A stretch of 64,000 nucleotides of DNA from Octopus sinensis (lineage: Eukaryota): NCBI RefSeq assembly GCF_006345805.1, contig NC_043000.1:152334001-152398000 (forward strand), given 5' to 3'. The position numbers and the translations under genes were made by a program. The notes under the pieces were generated by a model that did no database searches, was not told the origin of the DNA, and saw nothing but the letters and a program-made list of their open reading frames with translations. Positions 26,019 through 37,290 of this stretch are shown here, one piece after another. Each line of letters begins with the position of its first letter. Positions within the stretch are counted from its first letter, which is position 1.

Positions 26019-26192
26019 ATTGCAGGGCTGATTATTTGAAGATAAGCGCTGCTGAAAGCACTTATCATGAAGGCATTTATTGTAGAAGTAACATACCAAT
26101 GTTCATGATGTTCAAAGCACCAGTAAACTTTTATTTCAGAACCGATGCTTCTAAAACATCAATTGGTTTTGAAATAATCTATAAAAAGTATG
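26019..26192 (+). CDS. CUBN: exon w7, CUB C-half (DCRADYLKI...FRTDASKTSIGFEIIYKKY)
   Basis: ttccag acceptor, gtaagc donor, phase 1/1. Confidence 0.92.
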
Positions 26193-26236
26193 GTAAGCAA
26201 TTCAATTATTCAATCCCATTATGGTCTAATATGTCA

Positions 26237-26415
26237 TCTTTATATATAAAAGTGAAGTTGTGTGAGTGTCTGTCTCCTACGATTTAGATTCCTAACTACT
26301 CCCACATTTTGCGATGCAGTTTAACCAAAACCGGGTATCTTATAGTCGTGATTCATATCGAGCCCTTCTGGGTATTACGCATGTCTACGATGAGTCTACG
26401 ATTAAAAAAAAAAAT
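26237..26415 (+). mobile_element. Helitron H1, 5' half only
   Basis: A|TC start 44 nt after the exon w7 donor; homology stops at ttaccatcaat. Confidence 0.8.
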
Positions 26416-27250
26416 TACCATCAATCAAAGCCATGGTGGAAAGGGGGCACATCTTCACTGCTGGAAGCAGTATTCTGGTACAATATGTTACCTTGATCAG
26501 GACAGGCCAAAGAGTCTGTGCCACACAGAGTGATATTCAGATATGAATGGCAGCATCCAAGTAAATCATCAGAATGCCCTGCAGAAGAAAGAGGGCTTGT
26601 CTCCATGGAGGTGGGATAGGAAGTCTGGGTCAAGCCTCTGAAGGCATGCTGCACATCTCAGTGGAAGAGAGGAAGAGTGATGGCTGTTAATGCCAAAAAT
26701 AATGTTTCTGTGGATGGAATGCTGTGTCACATCTTGGATGTTCACAGAATCGTGCTTCGTCGGACAACAAAGGTGGAGGAGAGGAATAGAACGAGGCTCC
26801 CTCCCTACAGAGATCACAGCATATGAGGCATCCACCTGTGTGGGTGATAGATTTTGTTATGGAGTGAAGTGAGGAGGGGATCTTTGAGATGAGATGAGCT
26901 GGAAGGAAAGGGCTGTGATATCAGTGGTCAAGGGGCCTGGCTGGAAAAGAGATGGGGAGAGATGAAGTGAGGGAAGCAAGACCAGAGTCAGCTTCTTCCA
27001 GCCTGGTGCACTCACCGTGAACGGACTTCAGTGGAGTGAGCTAGTGGGACTGGTAGTAGCAGCTGCTAACATTAGGTGTGACAGGTAGGGCACATGTTTT
27101 GGACTTAGTATAGCTGGACAGCCAACTACAAGGAGGTAGGTGAACCGTATCGTATTTCCCCGCATTACAGGTCCCTTGTATCACAAATACATAATATGAG
27201 AAAGAGGGTCTACATATCTAAGCTGGAACCACTGTTATGACCGATGATGG
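26416..27250 (-). mobile_element. probable decayed LINE fragment
   Basis: GC-richer tract with broken endonuclease-like frames; family not resolved. Confidence 0.35.
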
Positions 27251-27438
27251 TTAACTGTAACTTGGCAGTAGACTGACTAAAGTACAATAAAATTTTAGTT
27301 GGATTTAGCAGTAGAGTACATAAATACTTCAGAAACGATATCAACTTTCTAACTTTTTTTTATTTGTAAAGTCTCAATAATGTTTTTGTTTTCTTTATTT
27401 CATAGTCATTCTGTCAAATTCTTTCATTGACTTTCCAG

Positions 27439-27565
27439 ATTGTGGTGGAGTTTTAACTAATCCAACAGGAGAGATAGAACTTGTGAAGCCTTCCCATTTC
27501 TATATATCAAAAATGAACTGTAGTTGGGAAATAACTGTCCAAGAAAACAGATCAGTAGAACTAAA
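27439..27565 (+). CDS. CUBN: exon w8, CUB N-half (DCGGVLTNPTGEI...NCSWEITVQENRSVELK)
   Basis: ttccag acceptor, gtaagt donor, phase 1/2; missed by the ORF track. Confidence 0.91.
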
Positions 27566-27655
27566 GTAAGTAGGAAGAGTATAACATTTTCTTAAAATTT
27601 AATCTGCAAAAGAAAAGAAAAAACCAGAATGAATATGGTATGAATACGGAATGAA

Positions 27656-28082
27656 TAGGCGCAGGAGTGGCTGTGTGGTAAGTAGCTTGTTTACCAACCA
27701 CATGGTTCTGGGTTCAGTCCCACTGCGTGGCATCTTGGGCAAGTGTCTTCTGCTATAGCCCCGGGCCGACCAATGCCTTGTGAGTGGATTTGGTAGATGG
27801 AAACTGAAAGAAGCCCGTCGTATATATGTATATATATATATGTATGTGTTTGTGTCTATTTGTGAGTCTGTGTTTGTCCCCTTTAGCATTGCTTGACAAC
27901 CGATGCTGGTGTGTTTACGTTCCCGTCACTTAGCGGTTCGGCAAAAGAGACCGATAGAATAAGTACTGGGCTTACAAAGAATAAGTCCCGGGGTCGATTT
28001 GCTCGACTAAAGGTGGTGCTCCAGCATGGCTGCAGTCAAATGACTGAAACAAGTAAAAGAGTAAAAGAGTAAGAGTAAAGAG
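27656..28082 (+). mobile_element. SINE family A
   Basis: starts 90 nt after exon w8. Confidence 0.9.
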
Positions 28083-28193
28083 GTAGAGATATTGTCGTTA
28101 TTCCTGAATAATGTGGATAAATTCTAATTAATAGTCTGAAAGTAATTACGCTTTGATCACTAGCATTAATTCAGACTGGCACTAATTTTATTG

Positions 28194-28450
28194 CAGTGTG
28201 GAAGGTGTTTATAAGCCATTTAAGAAACACACAAAACCGTTAGATTCACTTCAACGAAGTTTTGTCAGTGAACAGGTTGCGGTCTCAAAGCAACGAAAAT
28301 ATTTTGAGAAATTAAATTTAAATGTTGAAGTGAATCTAACGGTTTTGTGTGTTTCTTAAATGGCTTATAAACACCTTCCACGCAGCAATTGTTTTTGTTC
28401 CAGCACAAGATCTCAGATCAAGTCACTTGCTATGCAAGTACATCTTTGTA
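28194..28450. mobile_element. Penelope-like non-autonomous insertion with a 58-bp perfect inverted repeat
   Basis: arms 28198-28255 and 28324-28381; 13-bp TSD actaattttattg at 28181-28193 and 28451-28463. Confidence 0.7.
28261..28311 (+). ncRNA. putative minimal type I hammerhead ribozyme, G3-C8 variant
   Basis: tttgtca GTGAACA g gttgc-ggtctcaaa-gcaac GAAA ata TTT tgagaaa: stems I and II pair, stem III is the palindrome AATATT. Confidence 0.5.
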
Positions 28451-28639
28451 ACTAATTTTATTGACTCTTCAGAAATAAAAGACCAATTTATCTATGACAG
28501 CATTTGGAATTACATGCATGCATAGATACATATTAAATGTTGACAGCGACTTCAAAGTTTTGGTTTACAAGCTGTCATTAGACTGTGGTTTACTTTGGTG
28601 TTTCTGGCTTTAATAATAATGATCCAAAAGAGAGAGGAA

Positions 28640-28968
28640 GAAAAACAAAGAAAATACAATCCTTTAAAATTTGAAATAGGAAGAATTTGGAGCTTGTGAA
28701 CAGTAAAGGTTGAGCCTATAATAATTAGTGTGTTGGCAACAGTAAGCCAAGATGTAGACAAAAGGCTTGAGGAGATTGGAATAGAATGCCCGGAAGAGCT
28801 CCTACAGAAAATTTGCCTCTTAGGACAGCGAGGATTATCAGGAGGGTTCTAAGCACTTGAAAGACTGCTGAAAATTTGTGGGTACTTAAGGTTACAGGTA
28901 GTAACCTGCTACCACATAAATCCTACCAGGAATAAGACCAAACCTGAGCTTTGTTTCTATAATAATAA
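28640..28968 (+). mobile_element. R4/Dong-like LINE 3' end
   Basis: VEPIIISVLATVS...LEEIGIECPEELLQKICLLG, then a (TAA)n tail. Confidence 0.65.
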
Positions 28969-29360
28969 TCCTTAAATCCTTAAAAATGTTTTAGCCCGAA
29001 GGTCGTGGCCATGCTGGGGCACCACCGCTGAATAATAGTAATAATAATGATAATAATCTATATAATAATCTGCTTGTTTGTTCTTCCATTGTAATCTAGT
29101 TAAAGAGGTGGAGATGGAGTGAGTGAGAGGTGGAGTAAAAGTGAGGGAGAGTGGGTGAGGAATGCGAGTAGAGAAAAAAGAAGTGAGGAAAAAGTAGAGA
29201 AAGATGTATAAGGCTACATGTCACATGGTTAGTTGAAGGGAGAGGAAAAGAGCAAGGGAAAAAGACCGAGGAAAGTAGAGAGAAAAGTGTTAATGATGTG
29301 CTGTAGGGTGGGGAGGGAAAGGTAAAGAGAAAGAAATATGTTTAGGATACAATATTTAAC

Positions 29361-29518
29361 GTAGGAGTGGCTGTGTGGTAAGTAGCTTACTTACAAACCA
29401 CATGGTTCCGGGTTCAGTCTCACTGCATGGCAAATTGGGCAAGTGTCTTCTACTATAGCCTTGGGCCAACCAAAACCGTAAGTGGATTTGGAAGACAGAA
29501 ACTGAAAGAAGCCCGTCG

Positions 29519-29553
<35 letters not shown>

Positions 29554-29900
29554 ATATGTATGTGTGTATATGTATGTGTGTCTGTGTTTGTCCCTCCAAC
29601 ATCGCTTGACAACCTGATGTAATCTCCAGGGATACAGGCATCCAGCAACAGGACCTCCGTAATGCTATGATGGACCGTGAAGTCTGGCGTAACATAGTAA
29701 ATTCCATTGTCTCGACCACGGTCGAACAATAATGATGATGAGTGTGTTTATGTCCCCATAACTTAACAGTCCGGCAAACTGATTGAATAGGTACTGGGCT
29801 TACAAAGAATAAGTCCTGGGGCCGATTTGCTTGACTAAAGGTGGTGCTCCAGCATGGCCACAGTCAAATGACTGAAACAAGTAAAAGAGAGAAAAAGAGA
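29361..29900 (+). mobile_element. SINE family A containing a family-D LINE 3' end
   Basis: SINE resumes at gtgtgtttatgtcccc after the insertion. Confidence 0.85.
29615..29741 (+). mobile_element. family-D RTE-like LINE 3' end
   Basis: reverse complement of 7840-7950 and 55127-55250; (GAT)n tail. Confidence 0.85.
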
Positions 29901-30161
29901 GGGTGATGTTCTGGTTCTAAGGTTAAAAAAAGGCAGATTGAGCGTGATGGACAGGGGAGGCAGTCTCATTAAGAGAGGGAGGGGGTAGATAGCATTTGTA
30001 CATGTTCCCTCATACTTTACACTTGAGTTTGTGAGAGAGAGGAAGAGAGAATGTGAGAGTGAGCAGAGAGCATGTAGCCAGTCAATGCATTATACTGTCA
30101 CTCATGTGGTTAGTGGAAGTGAGGGGTGAAGAGAAAGAGAAAAATGTTAAAGACATGAAGA

Positions 30162-30332
30162 GGGGCAGGAGTGGCTGTGTGGTAAGTAGCTTGCTAACCA
30201 ACCACATGGTTCCGGGTTCAGTCCCACTGCGTGGCATCTTGGGCAAGTGTCTTCTGCTATAGCCTCGGGCCGACCAATGCCTTGTGAGTGGATTTGGTAG
30301 ACGGAAACTGAAAGAAGCCTGTCGTATATATG

Positions 30333-30363
<31 letters not shown>

Positions 30364-30560
30364 TTGTGTTTGTCCCCCTAGCATTGCTTGACAACCGATG
30401 CTGGTGTGTTTAAGTCCCCGTCACTTAGCGGTTCGGCAAAAGAGACCGAAAGAATAAGTACTGGGCTTACAAAGAATAAGTCCCCGGGTCGATTTGCTCG
30501 ACTAAAGGCGGTGCTCCAGCATGGTCGCAGTCAAATGACTGAAACAAGTAAAAGAAAAGA
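30162..30560 (+). mobile_element. SINE family A
   Basis: full-length copy. Confidence 0.9.
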
Positions 30561-30828
30561 AAAAAAGGGGAATTATATGATGATTAAAATGTTTGTTGAA
30601 GAGGTAGAGGGAAATCTAAAGAGCTTAGCAGAAAAATATTTTTAAATGATGTAACATATTATTGTACTGGAAGTGAAATAACATATCAAAATAAAAATCA
30701 AATCATCATTTCTCTCTTAAATAGCTTCTCTTAATCTTTTTTTATTCTGTGGAATTTCCACAGGTTCCACTAGTAATAATAATAATAATAATAATGATAA
30801 TAATAATGATAATACTAATAATAATAAA

Positions 30829-31383
30829 TGCCCTGATGCAGTAGCAAACAGTGGCTCTCATGGCTTCTGATCTTAACTGATTGGAAGTGTTATCATGCAC
30901 ATTGTTTTGTCTTGGTATAAAAGATGGGTTACAGCAAATATTCTGCTCAATACCACAGATTTGCTTGTCAGTTGTTTGACCTTAACCAGTTGAGCATGTC
31001 CCTTAGTGGCTGACGATATGTGCATCTCTGATCACGAGCAGAAGTAGTGGGGGAGCATCATAGCCATGTGTTGAGAGGGATTGTTAGAAGTTTGGATAAT
31101 TCACCTTCGGAAACAGGAGTGGTTCGTTCAACATCCTTAAACAATCCTTATTCAGAGACCTTTTGAGCGGGATGGGTTACTCGACCAGAAGAAAATTCTA
31201 ACTGGGCCCCACCTGCAAGGTCATGTGCTGTTTATCTTGATATGAGATCACCATGTTGTGCACATATGGTTGTAATGCATGTGCCTGATGTACCCTTATC
31301 AGACGGGTAGTCATGATGGGTATACTGGGCTTCGTATATTTTAGCCCAGCATCACTTTGATGGCATGCACTGCTCTCTCACTC
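30829..31383. repeat. family-F ~555-bp interspersed repeat flanked by (TAA)n, copy 1
   Basis: colinear with 31785-32370. Confidence 0.8.
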
Positions 31384-31392
31384 AATAATAAA

Positions 31393-31433
<41 letters not shown>

Positions 31434-31489
31434 TGATGATAGTGTGTTTATGCCCCCATAACTTAACAGATGATTGCAAATTTTGACAC

Positions 31490-31680
31490 AAATCAGCAAG
31501 TTTAAGGGTGGGGATAAGTTGATTAGAATAACCCCAGTCTTAATTGGTATTTATTTTATTGATCCTGGAAGGATGACAGGCAAAGTTGACCTTGGCAGAA
31601 TTTGAACTCAGAATGTAAAGACAGGCTAAGTATTGCTAAGCATTTTACCCAGTGTGCTACTAAATTTGCCAACTTGCTGA
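31490..31680 (-). mobile_element. SINE family E, degenerate
   Basis: ggatgacaggcaaagttgaccttggcagaatttgaactcagaa. Confidence 0.6.
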
Positions 31681-31784
31681 CTTATAATAATAATAATAAT
31701 AATAATAGTAATAGTAATAGTAATAATAATAATAGTAATAATAATAATAGTAATAATAATAATAATAATAATAGTAGTAATAAT

Positions 31785-32370
31785 TGCCCTGATGCAGTAC
31801 CAGGCAGTGGCTCTCATGACTTCTGATCTTAAGTGATTGGAAGTGTTATCATGTACATTGTTTCGTCTTTATACCAAGACGAAACAATGTACATGATAAC
31901 ACTTCCAAGAGATGGGCTACAGCAAATATTTAGCTCAGTACCACAGATTTTGCTTGTTAGTTGCCTGACCATGACCAGTTGAGCATGTCCCTTATTGGCT
32001 GACGATATATGCATCTCTGATCATAGGCAGAAGTAGTGGGGGACCATCATAGCCATGTGTTGAGAGAGTCTTTGAGGTTTGGATAATTCACCTTTGAAAA
32101 CATGGGTGGTTCGTTCATCATCCTTAAACAATCCTTATCCAGGGACCTTTTCAGTGAGATGGGCTACTCAACCTGAAAAATATTCTAACTGGGCTCCACC
32201 TGCAAGGGCATGCACTGATTATCTTGATATGAGATCACCATGTGGCACACATATGGCTGTGATGCATGTGCCTGGTGTACCCTTATCAGACAGGTAGCCA
32301 TGATGGGTATGCTGGGCTTCATATATTTTAGCCCAGTGTCACTTTGATGGCATGCACTGCTCTCTCACTC
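31785..32370. repeat. family-F repeat, copy 2, with a private 33-bp hairpin
   Basis: colinear with copy 1 except for the inverted duplication at 31837-31908. Confidence 0.8.
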
Positions 32371-32400
32371 AATAATAATAATGATAATAATAATAATAAT

Positions 32401-32838
32401 AATCCTTTCTACTATAGACACAAGGCCTGAAACTTTTTTAGGTTAGGGGTCTAATAGATTGGCATATTTCGGTCATATTATGCGGAGAAAATCCCTGGAG
32501 AAGGACATCATGCTCGGAATGGTCAGTGGCAAGAGAGGAAGAGGCTGACCAAGAACCCACTGGCTTGACACCATCAAGAGGGATACCAGAATGGACATAG
32601 CCAATCTGAAAGAAGCGGCCCAGGATAGAACTGACTGGAGGACACTGATCCAATGAGTGACTGAGAGTCGACTTCGACTGAGCGGATAGATAGATAGATC
32701 TAATCGATTACATCAACCCCAGTGCTCAACTGGTACTTATTTCATTGATCTTGAAAGGACAAAAGCAAAGCTGGCCTCAACAAATGCTACTAATCATTTT
32801 GCCTGGAATGCTCAAGATTCTGCCAGCTTGTTACCTTA
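32401..32838 (-). mobile_element. SINE family E interrupted by an RTE 3' end
   Basis: E tail 32401-32455, remainder 32699-32838. Confidence 0.7.
32456..32698 (+). mobile_element. RTE/BovB-like LINE 3' end
   Basis: RLAYFGHIMRRKSLEKDIMLGMVSGKRGRG..W...DRTDWR...VTESRLRLSG, (GATA)n tail, TSD tctaat(a/c)gatt. Confidence 0.8.
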
Positions 32839-32870
32839 ATAATAATAATAATAATAATGATAATAATAAA

Positions 32871-33097
32871 AGGAAGGTGATGAGCTGGCAGAATTGTTAG
32901 CATGCCGGGCGAAATGCGTAGCTGTATTTCATCTGCCGAGGTTCAAATTCCGCCGACGTCGACTTTGCCTTTCATCCTTTCGGGGTTGATAAATTAAGTA
33001 CCAGTTACGCACCGGGTCGATGTAATCAACTTAATCCCTTTGTCTGTCATTGTTTGTCCCCTCTGTGTTTAGCCCCTTGTGGGTAGTAAAGAAATTA
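32871..33097 (+). mobile_element. SINE family E
   Basis: gagctggcagaattgttagc head; head-to-head with the preceding copy. Confidence 0.8.
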
Positions 33098-33173
33098 TGA
33101 AAAAAAATTTTTTTTGGGGGTGTTTTTCAGTTTTTTCTGCTCAAATTTCTCTTTTTCTTTACAATTTTCATAG

Positions 33174-33376
33174 GATCAACCTCCATGACTCTTCAACTCA
33201 CAATTGTTATTATACTTACATTTTAATATTTGATGGAAATACGCAATTGGGAAAATATTGTGGCGGTGGTTCAACCAAGTTTGTTCGTTCAAGAAGTAAT
33301 AAAATGACTATTAAATTTTTGTCAAGATACAGTTTTAATTTCCCTGGATTTAAAGCTACTTATGATACAATTTTTG
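33174..33376 (+). CDS. CUBN: exon w9, CUB C-half (INLHDSSTHNC...GKYCGG...GFKATYDTIF)
   Basis: ttcatag acceptor, gtgagt donor, phase 2/1 matching w8. Confidence 0.91.
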
Positions 33377-33401
33377 GTGAGTATTTTAAATATCTTTACA
33401 A

Positions 33402-33808
33402 TAGGTGCAGGAGTGGCTGTGTGGTAAGTAGCTTGCTAACCAACTACCTGGTTCCGGATTCAGTCCCACTGCGTGGCACCTTGGGCAAGTGTCTTCTACT
33501 ATAGCCTCGGGTCGACCAAAGACTTATGAGTGGATTTGGTAGACGGAAACTGAAAGAAGCCCGTCGTATATATGTATATATATATGTGTGTGTGTGAGTT
33601 TGTGTGTCTGTGTTTGTCCCTCCAACATCGTTTGACAGCCGATGGTGGTGTGTTTACGTCCCCGTAACTTAGCGGTTCGGCAAAAGAGACCGATAGAATA
33701 AGTACTGGGCTTACAATGAATAAGTCCTGGGATCGATTTGCTTGACTAAAAGTGGTGTTCCAGCATGGCCGCAGTCAAATGACTGAAACAAGTAAAAGAG
33801 TAAAGAGT
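33402..33808 (+). mobile_element. SINE family A, 25 nt after the exon w9 donor
   Basis: full-length copy. Confidence 0.9.
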
Positions 33809-33829
33809 AATATATTGGCAGTGATTCTT

Positions 33830-35290
33830 GAATGTCCAGGAGCTTTTCCTGTCTTCATATCCTTAATTGCCTTGTCTATTACACTACTGGCTGGTCCCTC
33901 AGTTGGTTTGATATTTGAAAGACTCTCCTTCTCCCTTACATTTTCCATATTTAGTAACCTTTCATAGTGGCACTTCCATGCATCTTTCTTCTTTGATCCA
34001 CTAAGTGCAAGCATACCATTATCCACTACTTTGCAATCCTGAACACCCCATGCCTCTGATCCTCACACTGTAGAACATTTGCTAGTCTCTTACTTTCTGC
34101 TATTCTTTTTGCTATGTAAACATGTTGCCTAGCTTCCCTTCTGGGAATTTGAAGCTCTGTTTCTTACCCATGAGAAATCTAGTAGAGGCTCTCTTCCATC
34201 ATATTTCTTGCACACCACACATTGACATGACATCACTCCAGCATTGTAATAATCTCACCAGTCCTTCCTTCCATTGATGGTAGTGGCTCTGAAATTGTGT
34301 ATTTGGAGTGGCAGTGGGAAGGCAGTCATTGTGGAACTTTTGTTTCAAGGTGGTGCCCCAGCATGGCCACCTGATATAATTCTTTACTTCCACCATTTTA
34401 CCAGTCTTTTCAGGCCTGTCTCTTTGCTTTTATAGCACTATCTACCTCCTTGTTCCACCACCATGTCACACATGGCCTAGCTGGGACTTTGCATCAGACA
34501 CAGATTTAGTTTGTTGCCCCCATTAGATTGTCCTGTAGGAACTTCCATTGTCCTCTAAGCTATATGTCCCCAACTCCTCTCTTTCATCAGAAGCTTCCAT
34601 TAGAATATCTCAAAATCTCTATAGGTTTGCTGGCTCTTTGAGCTTCCATAATCTTCTTTCCCAGAATGGTTTATTTCACCAAGTCTTTCTAGCTCTAATT
34701 TTGAAGTCACTAACTAGTAACCTATGTTGAGTTGTACACTCTTCACCTGAGAAAGACTTTGCATTTGCAAGCATCTGTCTATCCCATTGCCTGGTGAGGA
34801 AGTAATCAATCTGTTTTATGTGCCCACCAGGCTGATAAGTGATTAGGTGGCTGGCTGGTTTTCTGAAGTTAGTTTACAGATCATGAGATCAATTTGCATC
34901 ACAGAACTCCAATAGCCTTGTTCCCTCTTCATTCTTGGGGCCAAAGCCATAAGAACCATGCAAACTATGGAATCCATGGGGGCAGTGCCCAACATGGCCA
35001 TTGAAGTGACCAGCCACAATAGCCAAGTCTTTGCTAGTTGTTGTTGAGGTAGTCTACAAAAGGACCTCTTAAAATTGGTCCTTCTGCTCATCAGCCAGCT
35101 CAGACAGTACAGCATTGACAGAGATAAATGTAACAATTAATTTATCTATAAGTCTCAGCTTAATTATTCTATCGCATACCCTGACTACCTCAATTACTTT
35201 ATCTACCCATGTTTCTATTAAAAGTATGCATACACCACCCACATCATCACTCCTGCCCACCCAGAAGAATTTGAAGCTCAGTTTCTTACC
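33830..35290 (-). mobile_element. decayed RTE LINE (APE endonuclease and linker)
   Basis: GGVCILL..WVDKVIEVVRVCDRIIKLRL, GKAPG..ITA remnants. Confidence 0.7.
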
Positions 35291-35867
35291 CATGAGAAAT
35301 CTAGTAGAGGCTCTCCTCCATCATATTTCTTGCACACCACACATATTGACATGACATCACTCCAGCATTGTAATAATCTCACCAGTCCTTCCTTCCATTG
35401 ATGGTAGTGGCTCTGAAATTGTGTATTTGGAGTGACAGTGGGAAGGCAGTCATTGCGGAACTTTTGTTTCAAGGTGGTGCCCCAGCATGGCCACAGTCCA
35501 ATGACTGAAACAAGTAAAAAATAAATTATCAATATTTATAATTGTAAACAGTCTTTATTTATTACATACAATATTATTTGAAATATATTATTATAAATAG
35601 GAAGACTATATCTTATAAATGATTGTTATATCCAGAATATAGGTTTATATCTGTGCACTGTATGGTCTGGATTCATATTTTTAATATAATCTCTTGAAAT
35701 ATTACAAATTACAAAGAATGAGTAAAGACAATAAACCTGCTGTTTAGATACTATTAAAATAGGTAATAGTTTGCATCTAAAGTTGCAAGTTTCCCTTCTT
35801 GAAAAATAACACTTTCTTTGCAATAAACTTTGAAACAGGTTTTAAAAGAAAATATGTATGCGTGTAT

Positions 35868-36280
35868 ACTCTTTACTCTTTACTCTTTTATTTGTTTCAG
35901 TCATTTGACTGCGGCCATGCTGGAGCACCACCTTTAATCGAGCAAATCGACTCCGGGACTTATTCTTTTGTAAGCCCAGTACTTATTCTATCGGTCTCTT
36001 TTGCCGAACCACTAAGTAACGGGGATATAAACACACCAGCATCGGTTGTCAAGCAATGCTAGGGGGACAAACACAGACACACAAACACACACACGCATAC
36101 ATATATACATATATACGACGGGCTTCTTTCAGTTTCCGTCTACCAAATCCACTCACAAGGCTTTGGTCGGCCCGAGGCTATAGTAGAAAACACTTGCCCA
36201 AGGTGCCACGCAGTGGGACTGAACCCAGAACCATGTGGTTGGTAAACAAGCTACTTACTACACAGCCACTCCTGCGCCTA
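35868..36280 (-). mobile_element. SINE family A
   Basis: full-length reverse copy. Confidence 0.9.
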
Positions 36281-36546
36281 TGTGTACATGTATGTATATT
36301 TTCCTCTATTTTTAGTTATTTGAAGTCATTCTGCAAGGAAGAAGCTTCGTTTTTAACAAAGATATGAAGCATCATTGTTGCAAATTCACATTTTGAAATT
36401 GAGAGAACTTCTACTTACAGAGTGTATTTGTAATGTGTGTGTTAGCTGATTGATTTCTTCTTTTGAAAACACCCTAGTTTCCAGATTGTAACATAAACAT
36501 TTCCTTAGAAAACCAAGTGCACCAATTATTATCATTAGTATGTATA

Positions 36547-37003
36547 CAAGGCGGCAAGCTGGCAGAATTGTTAGCATGTCAGGCAAAATGCTTAGCAGTA
36601 CTACATCCATCAGAGTTCAAATTCCACCGAGGTTGACTTTGCCTTTCATCCTTTTGGGGTTGATGAAATAAGTACCAGTTGAGCACTGGGGTTGATGTAC
36701 TCGACTATAGCCCCCATTCCCCCAAATTTCAGGTCTTGTGCCTATAGTAGAAAGGATTATTGGTATGTATGTGTGTGGGCTGGCAGAAACGTTAGCACGC
36801 TGGGCGAAATGCGTAGCTGTATTTCGTCTATCGCTACGTTCTGAGTTCAAATTCCGCCGAGGTCGACTTTGCTTTTCATCCTTTCGGGGTTGATTAAATA
36901 AGTACCAGTTACGTACTGGGATCGATATAATCGACTTAATCCGTTTGTCTGTCCTTGTTTGTCCTCTCTGTGTTTAGCCCCTTGTGGGCAATAAAGAAAT
37001 AGG
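36547..37003 (+). mobile_element. two adjacent SINE family E copies
   Basis: heads at 36547 and 36775; the second ends 66 nt before exon w10. Confidence 0.8.
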
Positions 37004-37069
37004 TATGTATGTGTGTGCATGTATGCACCCATCAGTAAATATATAAATGTTATGTATATTACTTGGCAG

Positions 37070-37269
37070 GAGTCAATCAAGGATGTGGTGGACGCCTTTT
37101 CAATAAATCCGGATCAATATCATCAGTTAACTTTGAAAATATCAATCTTTATGAGAAAAATCTTAATTGTGAATGGATAATCACAGCAGGTGCCAATGAA
37201 TACATTGAACTGTCATTTGATTCTTTTGATGTTCAACAGACAGAAAATTGTGAAGCTGATTACCTGAAA
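37070..37269 (+). CDS. CUBN: exon w10, CUB N-half (VNQGCGGRLFNKSGSISS...NLNCEWII...CEADYLK)
   Basis: ggcag acceptor, gtaagt donor, phase 1/0. Confidence 0.93.
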
Positions 37270-37290
37270 GTAAGTTGTCTTGGTCCTTTC

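Noticed and set aside
31010-31045. CTGACGA in family F as a hammerhead core
   Set aside because: No stem II followed by GAAA.
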